A stretch of 38,213 bases of DNA. Origin: a virus (taxonomy: Duplodnaviria > Caudoviricetes). A program made the position numbers and the translations under genes. The notes beneath the pieces were generated by a model. The model made no database searches. It saw only the letters and a list, made by a program, of their open reading frames with translations, and was not told the DNA's origin. Each line of letters starts with the position of its first letter. The first letter of the stretch is position 1. Shown here piece after piece: positions 1 through 12,600 of this stretch. The stretch lies in the IMG/VR virus record IMGVR_UViG_3300025429_000036, positions 1 through 38,213 of that record; one strand, 5' to 3'.

Positions 1-362
1 GCGTTAATGATGTAAAATATATATTACAAAGAGGAGGCTCTTTGTCAAATATTCCTGGCGCTTCTAATATTCCTAACATTAATAAATTAATTAATAATAA
101 AACTCCCTCTATCGATACTTCGGGATTACCTTCTCCAGTAACCGCTAATAAAGTTCAATCATTGCAAATGGGTCTTTCAAAATTGACAGGAAATAATCCC
201 AGCGTTGAAGCAAATGTAAATAATATAAATTCTATAGTTTCAAATGGAATTCCGAACGTTTCTAATGTTGCTTCTTCTGTAGTAACAAAATACGGTTCAA
301 AAAATGCTAAAGAAGCATTTAGTCCTTTGGTGAATTTAATAAATGGATCAAAATTTAAATGA
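1..362 (+). CDS. 3' end of a probable baseplate/tail protein (partial; N/S-rich C-terminus)
   Basis: Frame is open from base 3 (VNDVKYILQRGGSLSN...) to TGA at 360-362, which overlaps the next ATG (ATGA). Probably truncated by the window edge, although GGAGG before TTG at 42 allows an independent 106-aa gene. Confidence 0.5.
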   Translation, partial: VNDVKYILQRGGSLSNIPGASNIPNINKLINNKTPSIDTSGLPSPVTANKVQSLQMGLSKLTGNNPSVEANVNNINSIVSNGIPNVSNVASSVVTKYGSKNAKEAFSPLVNLINGSKFK

Positions 363-2728
363 GTAACATAGAAAGTCGTACAAGACCTATATTTAAAAGA
401 AGAATACAATCGCCTGGACCGTATAAGGCCAGGATTACAAATAATTTAGATAAGACAAGAATGGGCGCTATGGAAGTTTCTTTCCAAATGGGAGCTCCTG
501 ATGATCCTAATGTTGAAGAATTAACAGGTCATGCTTATTATCTTCCTCCATTTTGGGGAACAATGAATCAATTATTTGAAGGCAGTGATCCAAGAAAATT
601 TGAAGATGTACAAAAAAGCTATGGAATCTGGATGGTTCCGCCTGATATCGGAACTACTGTTTTAGTAATTTTTGTTGATGGAGATCTTTTACAAGGTTAT
701 ATTTTAGGTTGTATACCAGATACTTACCAAAATCATATGGTACCTGGCATTGCTGCTAGTAATCACGCTTATCTAAGTCCTGAACAACAATTAAAATACC
801 AGACATCAAATTTACCGGTAGCTGAATTTTTAATGAGAAATATTAAATCTCATCCAATGCCTGGTTCTCAATATCGTCCGGTTCATCCTTTTGCTGATAG
901 ATTATTAGCACAAGGTCTATTAGTTGATAATATTAGAGGAATAACATCAAGTTCAGCTAGAAGAGAAATTCCTAGTAATGTCTATGGAATCAGTACTCCC
1001 GGGCCTTTAGACTTAAATGGAAGAAAAGCTGCAGTCGGATATGATAAAAAAGTATTAGTTCCTATTACTAGATTAGGAGGGACTCAATTTGTTATGGACG
1101 ATGGCAAGGTTGATAAAAAAACTGGAAAAATTGTCGATGAATTAGTTAGAATAAGGACTAGAACTGGCCATCAAATTTTAATGCATAATAGTAGTGATTT
1201 AATTTATATCGCAAATAGTAAAGGAACAGCATGGATAGAATTAACATCGAATGGTAAAATAGACATTTATGCTGCAGATAGTGTAAGCATACATACCGAA
1301 GCAGATTTTAATTTTAGAGCCGATAGAGATATTAATATCGAAGCTGGAAGAAATATTAATATTCGAGCCTTAGGCAACATGGAAAAGAATATTGCCGGAT
1401 ATTATAATTTAATTGTAGATGATTATGCAAAAATATCTATTGCTAAAAACAAGGACGAAACAATAGGAAAAGATTTAAAACTCAGTGTTGGAAATAATTT
1501 AAACGTAGTAGCAGATCGAGGAATTCTTGCGACCGCTGGTGCAGGAGTTGATGTTTCAGCAGAGGGAGACATGAAACTAAGCACCGCAGGCACACTCAAT
1601 CTTGGAGCAAGCGGAAACATTATTGCTACAGGGTCTAAGATACATTTAAATGGGCCTTCTGCTGCCGCTGCTGCTAGTGCCGAATTAGCTAGCTTGCCTC
1701 CACAATTACCTACATTTAGTTTGCCTAATAGAAATGTTAAAAATGGCTGGAGCAATGGTGTTTTTTATAAAGATACTCCAATTAATAGTATTATGCAACG
1801 TGTTCCTACGCATGAACCTTGGGATCAACATGAAAATATAAATCCTTCGTTGTTTAGTTCTTTAAATACTGATGTTACCGTACAAAGTAGAGCAAGCAGT
1901 GGAATTCCAGATACTGCAGCAGTATCCACAGCGCCATCTGCTAATTTGCCAGAAGTACTTTCGGGCACCTGTGAACCAAGATATGCTAAAGACATTGCAG
2001 CAGCATCTAGCCAGGCGGGAATCTCTCAACTTAAATCAGCCTGTGAGCCGGTTGGACTTAATACACCTATATCTATTGCTTCGTTATTGGCTATAACAGG
2101 AGGAGAGTCTAAATGGCAAATACAGGTTGAAAAATTTAATTATTCTGCTTCTAGATTATTAACAGTCTTTCCATCGATCTTTAAAGGTGATCTAGCTTTA
2201 GCTCAAGAAAAAGCAGCCGATCCTTCAAAATTGCCTGAATTCTTGTACGGACCGCCGCCGTTTGGTTCACCTAATAACCAATATAAGTCATTAGGAAATA
2301 TTAATGCTGGAGATGGATCTAAATTTATTGGAAGAGGATATATACAAATTACAGGAAGAAGCAATTATACAAAATATAGTAAATTATTATATGATAGAGG
2401 CTTATTGCCATCTGTAACTTCTCTAGTAGATTCGCCTGATCTTTTAAATGATCCTAAAATTAGTGCGTATGTTAGTGCAATATACATCGCAGATCGAGTT
2501 AAATTATCTCAAACAGATCCTGGATATTTTGAAGCTGCAGTAAGAGCGGTAGGATACTGCACTCCTGATATTTACGCAACTAAAAAAGGGTACTATGAAT
2601 GTTTCTTAGGGCAATTACAAGGTAAACCGATACCTACCTATGATTCATCCCCGCCATTAACTGATAGTGCAGGAACTACCGTTGGGTCGACTGATAATCC
2701 TACTGCATCCAGCACACTTGCTCCATAA
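359..2728 (+). CDS. Baseplate hub/central spike protein (T4 gp5/VgrG-like) with C-terminal GH19 lysozyme-like domain
   Basis: N-terminal OB-fold-like segment (SYGIWMVPPDIGTTVLVIF...GCIP), RIRTRTGHQILM, beta-helix repeats (WIELTSNGKIDIYA...IHLNG), VPTHEPW, then GH19 motifs GES...EKFNYS...GDGSKFIGRGYIQITGRSNY. Lies upstream of gp25- and gp6-like genes. Confidence 0.85.
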   Translation: MSNIESRTRPIFKRRIQSPGPYKARITNNLDKTRMGAMEVSFQMGAPDDPNVEELTGHAYYLPPFWGTMNQLFEGSDPRKFEDVQKSYGIWMVPPDIGTTVLVIFVDGDLLQGYILGCIPDTYQNHMVPGIAASNHAYLSPEQQLKYQTSNLPVAEFLMRNIKSHPMPGSQYRPVHPFADRLLAQGLLVDNIRGITSSSARREIPSNVYGISTPGPLDLNGRKAAVGYDKKVLVPITRLGGTQFVMDDGKVDKKTGKIVDELVRIRTRTGHQILMHNSSDLIYIANSKGTAWIELTSNGKIDIYAADSVSIHTEADFNFRADRDINIEAGRNINIRALGNMEKNIAGYYNLIVDDYAKISIAKNKDETIGKDLKLSVGNNLNVVADRGILATAGAGVDVSAEGDMKLSTAGTLNLGASGNIIATGSKIHLNGPSAAAAASAELASLPPQLPTFSLPNRNVKNGWSNGVFYKDTPINSIMQRVPTHEPWDQHENINPSLFSSLNTDVTVQSRASSGIPDTAAVSTAPSANLPEVLSGTCEPRYAKDIAAASSQAGISQLKSACEPVGLNTPISIASLLAITGGESKWQIQVEKFNYSASRLLTVFPSIFKGDLALAQEKAADPSKLPEFLYGPPPFGSPNNQYKSLGNINAGDGSKFIGRGYIQITGRSNYTKYSKLLYDRGLLPSVTSLVDSPDLLNDPKISAYVSAIYIADRVKLSQTDPGYFEAAVRAVGYCTPDIYATKKGYYECFLGQLQGKPIPTYDSSPPLTDSAGTTVGSTDNPTASSTLAP

Positions 2729-2731
2729 ATA
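2725..2731 (+). promoter_or_regulatory. T4 late-promoter-like box (ATAAATA)
   Basis: Matches 7 of the 8 bases of the T4 TATAAATA box, 5 nt before ATG 2737, with no Shine-Dalgarno. AT-rich background lowers confidence. Confidence 0.5.
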
Positions 2732-2736
2732 AGATT

Positions 2737-3177
2737 ATGCCTTATAAAAATATCGAATTAAACCCATCTCAATTTAAACCTACATTGACTTATAAACAAA
2801 GTCAATTTTATATCGGCTATAGCTCGGTAGCAGCAGGCTCAACAAACAATATAAGATTATATGATTTTGATATAATTAAGCAGGATTTATTGAATCAGTT
2901 TAATACTAGGTTAGGTGAAAGAGTAATGAATCCTACCTTCGGGACTATTATTTGGAGTTTGATTTTTGAACCGTTTACAGATGATGTTAAACAAGCTATA
3001 GCTGACGATATTAACAGAATATGTAACAACGATCCTCGCGTGATTCCTATACAATTAACTACTACAGAACAAGAATATGGAATTCTTCTTGAAATCACAC
3101 TACAATATATAGGAACCGATCAAACATCTAGTATGTCTTTATCTTTCGATAGAGAGTTAGGTCTATTATCGCAATAA
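2737..3177 (+). CDS. Baseplate wedge subunit, gp25-like (GPW/gp25 family)
   Basis: DLLNQFNTRLGERVMNPTFGTIIWSLIFEP...DPRV signature; 146 aa; between gp5- and gp6-like genes. Confidence 0.9.
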   Translation: MPYKNIELNPSQFKPTLTYKQSQFYIGYSSVAAGSTNNIRLYDFDIIKQDLLNQFNTRLGERVMNPTFGTIIWSLIFEPFTDDVKQAIADDINRICNNDPRVIPIQLTTTEQEYGILLEITLQYIGTDQTSSMSLSFDRELGLLSQ

Positions 3178-3198
3178 TATACATATATTATTACTCAA

Positions 3199-3205
3199 AT
3201 AAATA
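3199..3205 (+). promoter_or_regulatory. T4 late-promoter-like box (ATAAATA)
   Basis: In the 52-nt intergenic gap before the gp6-like gene (ATG 3230). Confidence 0.45.
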
Positions 3206-3229
3206 CGGTATCTATGAGAAAGAGTTATT

Positions 3230-6200
3230 ATGATACCATCAACTACTAATCAACTACTAGTCGCAGAAGATTGGAAAAAAATCTATCAAAGTTTTAAAAA
3301 CGCTGAATTTCAAAGTTATGATTTTGAAACGCTACGTCGAACGATGATTACTTATTTGAGAGAGAATTTTCCTGAAGATTTTAATGATTATATTGATAGC
3401 AGTGAATATATTGCACTTGTTGATCTAATTGCATTTTTAGGACAAAATCTTAGTTTTCGTATTGATTTAAACGCTCGAGAAAACTTTTTAGAAACTGCAG
3501 AAAGAAGAGACAGTGTTTTAAGGTTAGCTCAATTAGTAAGTTATAATCCTAAAAGAAACGTGCCCGCCAATGGACTTTTAAAGATTACTTCTATATCAAC
3601 AACAGGTAATGTTTTTGATAATAACGGTGTAAATTTATCTAACTCTGTTATCGGCTGGAATGACCCTACAAATACTAATTGGTACCAGCAATTTATTACA
3701 GTTATTAATTCCGCAATGGTAAGTCCTTCCCAATACGGAAAACCTATTATTAGTTCTATAATCAATAATATTGCGACTGAACAGTATAAAATTAATTCTA
3801 ACAACACTGATATACCTGTATTCAGCTTTACTAAAAATATAGCAGGAACTACATTATCTTTTGAATTGGTATCTACAACTTTTGCTAATGAAAATTTTAT
3901 CTACGAAGAAACTCCTCAACCCGGAAATAACTTTGGAATAATTTTTCAAAATGATAATCAAGGAAGCGGTAGTGCTAATACAGGATTTTTTATTCATTTT
4001 CGAGAAGGGACATTATCTAATGCTAATTTTTCAGTAACTAGCCCAGTTCCAAATGAATTAGTAGGTATTAATGTTAATAATATTAATGATAATGATGTAT
4101 GGTTATGGCAATTAAATTCTGATGGAACTGCTCCTCAGACGTTATGGCAAAAAGTTCCTGCATTGGTAGGAAATAATATTATCTATAATAGTCTAAATTC
4201 CGATCAAAGAAATATCTATGCTGTATTAAGTAGAGATAATGATCAAATTGATTTATCTTTTGCTGATGGAAATTTTGGTAATTTACCTAACGGATCTTTT
4301 ACATTATATTATAGACAGAGTAGCGGGTTGACGTATAGTATTAAACCAGAACAATTAAGTAATGTGTCTGTTAAAATACCATTTACCGATACTGCCGGGC
4401 AATCTCAAGTATTAACATTAATTTTAAGTTTACAGTATACCGTAACCAATGCAGCTGGTAGCGAGACTATTGACGATATTAAGTTAAAAGCTCCTCAGAC
4501 ATATTATACTCAAAATAGAATGATTACGGCTGAAGATTATAATATTGCTCCATTAAATGTTAGCCCTGATATATTAAAAATTAAAAGTGTTAATAGAGTT
4601 AGCAGCGGAGTTAGTAAATATTATGAATTAAGCGACGTTAGTGGAGCTTATAGTTCTACTGATATATTTGCCAATGATGGCATTTTATATAAAGAATATA
4701 ATGAATACAATTTTCAATTTTCTTTTACTACTCGAAACGAAATATTTTCTATTTTACAAACTAAATTAGCTCCAATTATCAGTTCTCAAGGTGTAAGATC
4801 TTTTTATCTTGATCAATATCCTCGTGTTGATTTAAGCGCTAATAGTCTGGCATGGCATCGATCTAATTCTTTAACTAACCAAACTAATGGATATTTTAAT
4901 TCTTATGCCGGACCGGTTTCTTTAGGATATTTAGGAAATGGAAATTTATCCTATGTAACTGTAGGATCTCTAATAAAATTTGTTCCGCCTGCAAATAGCT
5001 ATTTCTTGCCTAATGGGCAGATTACACCTACAAGTGATGATACAACTAAAGATTATCTATGGTCACAAGTAGTTAATATTACAGGTGATGGATCTAATAA
5101 TGGAACAGGTAATTTAGTTACAGGAATAGGTCCAGTTGTGTTAACTGGATCTTTAGTTGGTGATGGGTTAGTCGTCAATAACGGATCAACTCAATACCCT
5201 GAAATAACTATTCCTTCAAGTGCAATACCTTATTCTGTTATACCTACATTTATTGATATCTTATCTTATGATCTACAGGCTGAGATTGCGAATTTAGCAT
5301 TGTCTAAAAGAAATTTTGGTTTGAGTTTTGATTCTATTAGTAGAGTATGGTTTTTAATTGTAGATACTAATCTAGATCTTTTAAATCCATTCAGTTTAGC
5401 TAATCAAGGTAATATCAGTAACGCAAACCTCGATGCTAGCTGGTTAGTGGCATTTCAGTGGACTGGAAAAGAATACATTGTTAGATACAGAACTTTAGAA
5501 TATATATTCGAAAGTGAAGCTAAAACAGCATTTTTTGTTGATGACTCCAATAAAAATTATGATTTTACTAATGATACAGTGATAAAAGATAAAATTGACG
5601 TATTATCGATCAATAAAGGACCTACTCCTGATGTAAGTTCTTTAGTTCATGATTATTCATGGCAAATTGATAGTGCAGTCGTTGAATCCGATGGATACAT
5701 AGAACCTAAAAAAGTTTTAATCAGTTTCTATGATCACAATGATAATGGGCAGATAGATGATCCTGATATGTTTAATAATATTGTTGCACCGAATAGTGTT
5801 AGTTTGCAAACAGGTTATAGAGATAAATTTGTTTATTTTCTAAAGTCTGCTACCGGAGATAGATATTCTCTATATAACGGTACTGTAATTTCTTATCCGA
5901 ATCAAAATTCAGTAATAAACCCAATAGATGGACAGTTGTATTATTTCTATGATTTAGATCTTATAAAATCTTATTCAAAAAATTCTAATTCATATGATAC
6001 TCCAAATCCTTATCTATATTTTGCAAGAGTTGGAAGAAAAAATATCAAATTCCATTATGTGCATAATGCAGCAAATGAAAGAAGATTAGACCCAGCAAAA
6101 ATGAACATAATTGATGTTTATCTATTAAGTAGTAGCTATGACACTGCCTATAGAAGTTGGTTAATATCTGGAACAGGATCGGAACCAGTGCCTCCTACGA

Positions 6201-6673
6201 CACAAAGTTTAGAAAATAATTATTCTTCTTATTTAGAACCAATTAAAAGTGTAAGCGATGATATAGTTTATCATCCTGCTAAGTACAAAGTACTATTCGG
6301 CGACATGGCTCCTGTACAATTGCAGGCAATATTTAAAGCAGTGCAAAGTCCGACAAGTACATTAAGTTCTACTAATTTACAGACAAAAATTTTATCAGCA
6401 ATAAATGATTTTTTTGCGATAGATAATTGGGACTTTGGACAAACTTTTAATTTTAGTGAATTAGTGGCATATGTTATGAATATAATGACGCCGGATATTA
6501 CAAATTTTGTAATAGTACCAAAATCATCTAGTAATAACTTCGGGAGTTTATTTCAAATTAGTTGTCAAGGAAATGAAATTTTTATCAGTGGCGCAACAGT
6601 TAATGATATACAGATACTAAGTAGTTTAACAGCTTCGGAATTAAATTTAACGTCTATCGTTTCAAGTAGTTAA
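3230..6673 (+). CDS. Baseplate wedge protein, gp6-like (extended, 1147 aa)
   Basis: YDFETLR...FNDY...LAFL...ENFLETAERRDSVLRLAQLVSYNPKR N-terminus; FADGNFGNLP; GSETIDDIKLKAP...QNRMITAEDY are gp6/baseplate-J-like motifs. Confidence 0.85.
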   Translation: MIPSTTNQLLVAEDWKKIYQSFKNAEFQSYDFETLRRTMITYLRENFPEDFNDYIDSSEYIALVDLIAFLGQNLSFRIDLNARENFLETAERRDSVLRLAQLVSYNPKRNVPANGLLKITSISTTGNVFDNNGVNLSNSVIGWNDPTNTNWYQQFITVINSAMVSPSQYGKPIISSIINNIATEQYKINSNNTDIPVFSFTKNIAGTTLSFELVSTTFANENFIYEETPQPGNNFGIIFQNDNQGSGSANTGFFIHFREGTLSNANFSVTSPVPNELVGINVNNINDNDVWLWQLNSDGTAPQTLWQKVPALVGNNIIYNSLNSDQRNIYAVLSRDNDQIDLSFADGNFGNLPNGSFTLYYRQSSGLTYSIKPEQLSNVSVKIPFTDTAGQSQVLTLILSLQYTVTNAAGSETIDDIKLKAPQTYYTQNRMITAEDYNIAPLNVSPDILKIKSVNRVSSGVSKYYELSDVSGAYSSTDIFANDGILYKEYNEYNFQFSFTTRNEIFSILQTKLAPIISSQGVRSFYLDQYPRVDLSANSLAWHRSNSLTNQTNGYFNSYAGPVSLGYLGNGNLSYVTVGSLIKFVPPANSYFLPNGQITPTSDDTTKDYLWSQVVNITGDGSNNGTGNLVTGIGPVVLTGSLVGDGLVVNNGSTQYPEITIPSSAIPYSVIPTFIDILSYDLQAEIANLALSKRNFGLSFDSISRVWFLIVDTNLDLLNPFSLANQGNISNANLDASWLVAFQWTGKEYIVRYRTLEYIFESEAKTAFFVDDSNKNYDFTNDTVIKDKIDVLSINKGPTPDVSSLVHDYSWQIDSAVVESDGYIEPKKVLISFYDHNDNGQIDDPDMFNNIVAPNSVSLQTGYRDKFVYFLKSATGDRYSLYNGTVISYPNQNSVINPIDGQLYYFYDLDLIKSYSKNSNSYDTPNPYLYFARVGRKNIKFHYVHNAANERRLDPAKMNIIDVYLLSSSYDTAYRSWLISGTGSEPVPPTTQSLENNYSSYLEPIKSVSDDIVYHPAKYKVLFGDMAPVQLQAIFKAVQSPTSTLSSTNLQTKILSAINDFFAIDNWDFGQTFNFSELVAYVMNIMTPDITNFVIVPKSSSNNFGSLFQISCQGNEIFISGATVNDIQILSSLTASELNLTSIVSSS

Positions 6674-6687
6674 GGATCATCTTTATA

Positions 6688-9600
6688 ATGAGCAATTCAA
6701 ATAATAAAAATAGAAAATCAGTCAATTTACTTCCTTCTTATTTTCAAACCGATAAGAATTCTAAATTCTTATCTGGAACTATCGATCCTCTTTATTCTGT
6801 TCCTTCTTTAACAAGAATTAGCGGGTTTGTAGGAAGCAAATTAAGTGCAACATATAATTCCTTAACTGATGTTTATGTTAATAATGCTAATGTTAATGAA
6901 ACTGATTTGAGAAGTAAGTATCAACTTGAACCTGCATTAATTAATCAAGATTCTTTAGGAAATATTAAAAATTCAATTGCATTTGATGATTTAGTAAATC
7001 AATTATCCTTCTATGGATCGACAACTAATAATTTTAATAAATTGTTTGCTCCGGATGTCAATTCCTATGACCCTTATATCGATTGGGACAAGTTTGTTAA
7101 TTTTAGAGAATATTATTGGCTTCCGCTTGGCCCAGATCCAATCACTGTATATGGTCAACAAAGAAATACAATCAGTACTTATACAGTAACTGATTCTTCT
7201 GATGGTAGTTATTTTATTTTTACTCCTGATGGGCTAACTGAAGACCCTGTTTTAACTTTCTATAGAGGAGTAACTTATGTTTTTAATGTAAATTCTAAAC
7301 ATACATTTTATATTAAAACTAATAACGGGCCTGGACAAGAAGGATCGGTAACCGGAAGCGGAGTCAGCCAAGGTCAAATAATTTTTACTGTAACAGATAC
7401 CATGCCAGGAATGTTATATTATGCGTCCGATGATATTAATGTTATTCCTGGAAATATTTTAGTTAAAAATATTACAGAAAATTCATATTTAGATATTGAA
7501 AATGATATCATAGGAAAAGCTACATATACAACAGCATCTGGAATAGAATTCATTAACGGATTAAAAATTAATTTTGAAGGAAATATAACTCCTAGTTTTT
7601 ATTCCGGAAAAGATTTTATTGTAGAAGGAGTTGGTGATTCTATTAAACTAGTAGATTTTTCTACTTTACAGACTCCAGAAACTATATCTACTCAATTTGA
7701 TGTTAATTTCGATGCAACGCCGTTCGACGACTATCCTTTTGATAATTTTCAAAATCTACCTTTAACTCCTGAATATGTTACCATTAACCGATCAAGTCAA
7801 GATCTTAATCCTTGGTCGAGATACAATCGTTGGTTTCATAGTGACGTTATTAGAACCTCAGCCGCTGCTAATGGAATTATTCCTGACTTTCCTGTCGAAA
7901 GAAGAGCAGTTTATCCTATTGTAGAATTTAAATCCAATTTACAATTATATAATTTCGGCACAAATAGCATATCTTCAGTTGATCTGATTGATCAAACAAA
8001 CCAAGATGTATTTTCTACTATAGAAGGGTCAACATCTTCGACTGTTGACGGGTTACCGCTTCAGCCCGGACAAAAAGTAATTTTTAATGCCGATACAGAT
8101 CCTTTAATAAGAGGAAAGGTATATGAAGTTACATTAAGTAGAATAAATGGTGTTTATAAGATTAATTTAGTAAAAGTAATTGACCCGGTTTTTGGTAATA
8201 GTGTTGTAATATTATCCGGAAATACCGGAAAAGCAGTCGAATGGTGGTTTAATGGTTCTGAATGGGTTCTATCTCAACAAAGAACTCGATTAAATCAAGC
8301 TCCTTTGTTTGATTTATTTGATAATAATGGTAATAGTTATAGTGATAGATCGTATTATGATTCTATATTTTCCGGAAATAAGATTTTTGGATATGCTATA
8401 GGATCGGGAGCAAACGACCCTGTATTGGGATTCCCATTACTTTATAAAAATATCGGTGTAGAAGGCTTATTTTTATTTCAAAATTATTTTAACTCTGATA
8501 TAATTAAATTGTTAGCTCCAGATTCTGTAACAGAGATTCCAACATCTGAGACTTTTTTAAGAATTAATAATGGTGATTTAGGATTTAAGTTTGTTAATAT
8601 TTGGACTAAAGGATCAGAATATCAAATCCCAGTTCAACAGTTTCAAACTGTAAGTAGTGGTAACACAGTTCCTATTACGGTATTTGATAATTCAGCATCT
8701 ATTGAAGATTTATCTTTAGAAGTTTTTATTAATAATAATAAATTAAAATCATCAAATTACAATGTAATTAGAAACAAAGATGATTTAAACTTGCAATTTA
8801 ATAAATCTTTTAATACTGCTACAAATGTTTTAATCAATCTATATACTTCTAAAAATCCTAATGAAACAGGAAAATATCAAACACCCATTAATCTTACCAA
8901 CAACCCACTAAACGGAAAAATTTTGCAATTTACATTTAGTGAGATTTCGGATCATGTTAAATCTATGATTGACAGAGATCCGAGATTCGTTGGAGACTAT
9001 CCTGGGGTTAGCAATTTAAAGAGTCTTCCGGATATATCAAAATATGGATCTAGAATTATTACAAATAATAATCCATTAGCATTTTCTCAAGAGTTTATTG
9101 GAAATATAGAACATAGTTTAATACCATCGACAAGAATGGTAGGAAATGATTATTATCAATTTAAATTAAATTTGATTAAAAACATTTCAAATGCTGATAC
9201 AAATTTAAGCATTTCGGATTCTTTAGATCAAGTAATTAACGAATTAAACCTATCTAAGAATTCTTCATTTCCGTATAGTCAAAGTGATATGGTTGCCTAC
9301 GGTAACTCTAATTCCAAACAAACATATACTATAACTGATTCTAGAAATACAATTTATCCTCTATCTATCGGGTTTTCTCTTAACTCGCTTTCTTTTAGAT
9401 CAGTTCTATTATATTTAAATGAGAAATTGTTAGTACATGGGCAAGATTATATCTTTAATGAAGAATATTCAACCGTAGAGATAATTTCAAATTTAACGGT
9501 AGGCGATATTCTTATAATTAAAGATTATAATTCTACCGTAGGTAATTATATTCCTCCTACTCCTACTAAATTAGGTATCTATCCTAAGTATATACCTAGT

Positions 9601-12600
9601 ATTTTTATAGATTATTCTTATATAAATCCTCAGGTTGTATTACAAGGACATGATGGTAGTATATCTATTGCTTACACAACAATTGATCAATTTAATCAAG
9701 AGAATTATGATTTTAGAGATTTATTATTATTAGAATTTGAATTAAGAGTTTTTAATAATTTAAAAACCGAATATAATCAAGAATTAATGAATATTGATAA
9801 AATACTTCCTGGAATATTTAGACAAAATAATTATTCATACCAGGAAATATATAAATTAGTAGAAGCAGATTTTATTAAATGGGCAACTACTTTTAATATA
9901 AATTATATTGAAAATGTTACGTATGATGTAAACGAATATAAATCTTATAATTATAGTTCATCTTTTGATTATTTAGGAAATCCTTTGTCCATCGGAGGAT
10001 GGAGAGGTATTTACAAATATTATTTTGATACTGATAGACCTGACACTTGTCCTTGGGAAATGTTAGGGTTTAGTGTCATGCCTTCTTGGTGGGAATCGGA
10101 ATATGGTCCGGCTCCTTATACCTCAGGTAATTTAAATTTATGGGAAGATTTAGAAGCTGGGTTAATTAGACAAGGATCTAGAGCAGGTATTGATTTAACT
10201 TATGCTAGACCGGGGTTAACTAATATCATTCCGGTCGATGAACATGGCAATATTGTTGATCTCAGATATTGGAATGGAATTACAATCGAAGGATCTTTCA
10301 ATAATACAGATCAAAATTGGAATTTTGGTGATTACGCTCCTGCTGAAACCGCTTGGAGACGTAGTAGTTTATGGCCTTTTGCAGTACAGATAATATTAGC
10401 ATTGACTAAACCTGCAGATTACGCCGCTAAAATGTATGATCCTGCAAGATTATCTAAGGATATTACCGGTCAATATCGTTATGGACCGTACAATGATTTT
10501 TTAAATTTAAAATCTGTTTATATTTTTTCAGACAATGATACTTTAACCTCTGGTTATAGTATGATGGTAGTAGAAAGAGGAAGAAAAAGATCTTCAGGAT
10601 ATCTATCGATACTCAAAGAAGATTTATCTTATGTAGATTTTAATCTGTTTTATAAAGCAGGCGGATTTTTAAGTAAAGATAAATTAGAAATATTAATTGA
10701 TTCAGTAAGTCCTAATTCAGCCAGCCCTGGTGTACTGCTACCTAATGAAAATTATGATTTATTTTACAATATAAGTAATCCTATTAAATCCTTAAGTATC
10801 TCAGGCATTATTGTAGAAAAAAGAAATGCACAATTCGTAGTAAAAGGATATGATAAAGAAAATCCCTATTTTACAGTTAAATTACCTATACATAAAAATA
10901 ATGATACTATAGTTAATGTTGGTGGTAAATCTCTGCCTTATTTGCATTGGACAGAAAATACTTTATATCAAGCAGGGCAAGTAGTTGAATATAATAATCA
11001 ATATTATACCGTAAATTTAACTACAAATTCTGGAAATTCTTTTAATATAACAGAATATATTAAATTATCTCAATTACCGATAATCGGCGGCTCGACAGCG
11101 TATGATACAATCGAGTTTGAAGAAGAAAATACTATTATTCCTTATGGTACTAGTTTTGACACAATTCAAGAAGTTTATGATATTATTGTAGGATATGGAC
11201 AATACTTGATTGGTCAAGGATTCCAGTTTAATCAGTATAATTCGGAGTTAGGTGTAATTTTAAATTGGAAATACAGTGCAAAAGAATTTTTATATTGGAC
11301 TACCCAAGGGTGGGCCAATGGATCAATTATAACTATTAGTCCTTTTGCTAATCAAATTGATTTACAATTTACTAATTCTGTAGTTGATAATGTACTTAAT
11401 AGTTTTTATGAATATAGTTTATTAACTGCGAACGGTCAACCATTTCCTTATAATGATTTTAATATTTCGAGAAAAGATAATATTTGTTCTATTACTGTTC
11501 AAAATACTAATCAAGGATTATATTTTGCCAAATTAAATTTAATTCAAAAAGAACATGCGATTATACTGAATAATACCAGTATGTTTGGAGATATTATCTA
11601 TGATATAGAAACCGGATATAGGCAATCTAGAATAAAAATATCTGGATTTATCACCGGTGATTGGAATGGCGATTATTTAAGTCCAGGATTTGTTTATGAC
11701 GAAGCAGTTATATCAGATTGGCAATCTTATAAAGATTATACGGCTGCTGATGTTGTCAAATACTCTGGAAAATATTATTCGGCCAAGACTAATTTACCAG
11801 GAGTTGCAACTTTTAATTTTAATTCTTGGAATTCTTTAGGTAGTAAGCCAATTGCTAGGTTATTGCCGAATTTTGATTATAAAATTAGTCAATTTGAAGA
11901 TTTTTACAGTTTAGATATTGATAATTTTGATGCAGGACAACAAAAAATGGCCCAGCATCTGCTAGGGTATACTCCTCGAGATTATTTAACTAATATCATT
12001 GTTGATCCTATTGCACAATATAAATTTTATCAAGGTTTTATTAAAGAAAAAGGTACAGCTAATGCGATTAATAAATTAGCAAAAGCTAGTATTCATAATT
12101 TACAAGGCCAATTAAACTTTAAAGAAGAATGGGCTTTTAGAATAGGATCTTATGGAAATTATACAACATATAATGAAATAGAATTTCCTTTAAAAGAATT
12201 AGAATTTAAAGAAAATAGTCAGATCATAAAATTTGTTGAACAATCATTTACAAAAAATAATGATTCTTTATCTTATATATTACCTAATGATCTAAGTATT
12301 TCTCCTTCGAACTACTCGCCCAATAATGTGTTTTCTGTGGTTTCGTCATGCACTTATTTGAGTAATAATTTATTACTACCAACAGCAGGCTATGTAAGAA
12401 CAGACGATATTAGTGCCACAGCTTATAATAAAAATAGTCTATTTGATATTGCTAATAATGGTAATCTTAATGATGGAGATACTATTTGGCTTGGATTTAA
12501 GAGTAATAATGATTGGGACGTTTTAAGATATACCAAACAGACAGCAAAAGTAATAGAATCCTCGATATTAAATCCTGCATCTTCATTATTATTTAAAACT

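Noticed and set aside
3173-3192. Inverted repeat AATAATAT-ACAT-ATATTATT (also TAAAATATTTTA at 24309-24320)
   Set aside because: AT-only palindromes are expected by chance in this composition and are too weak for terminators.
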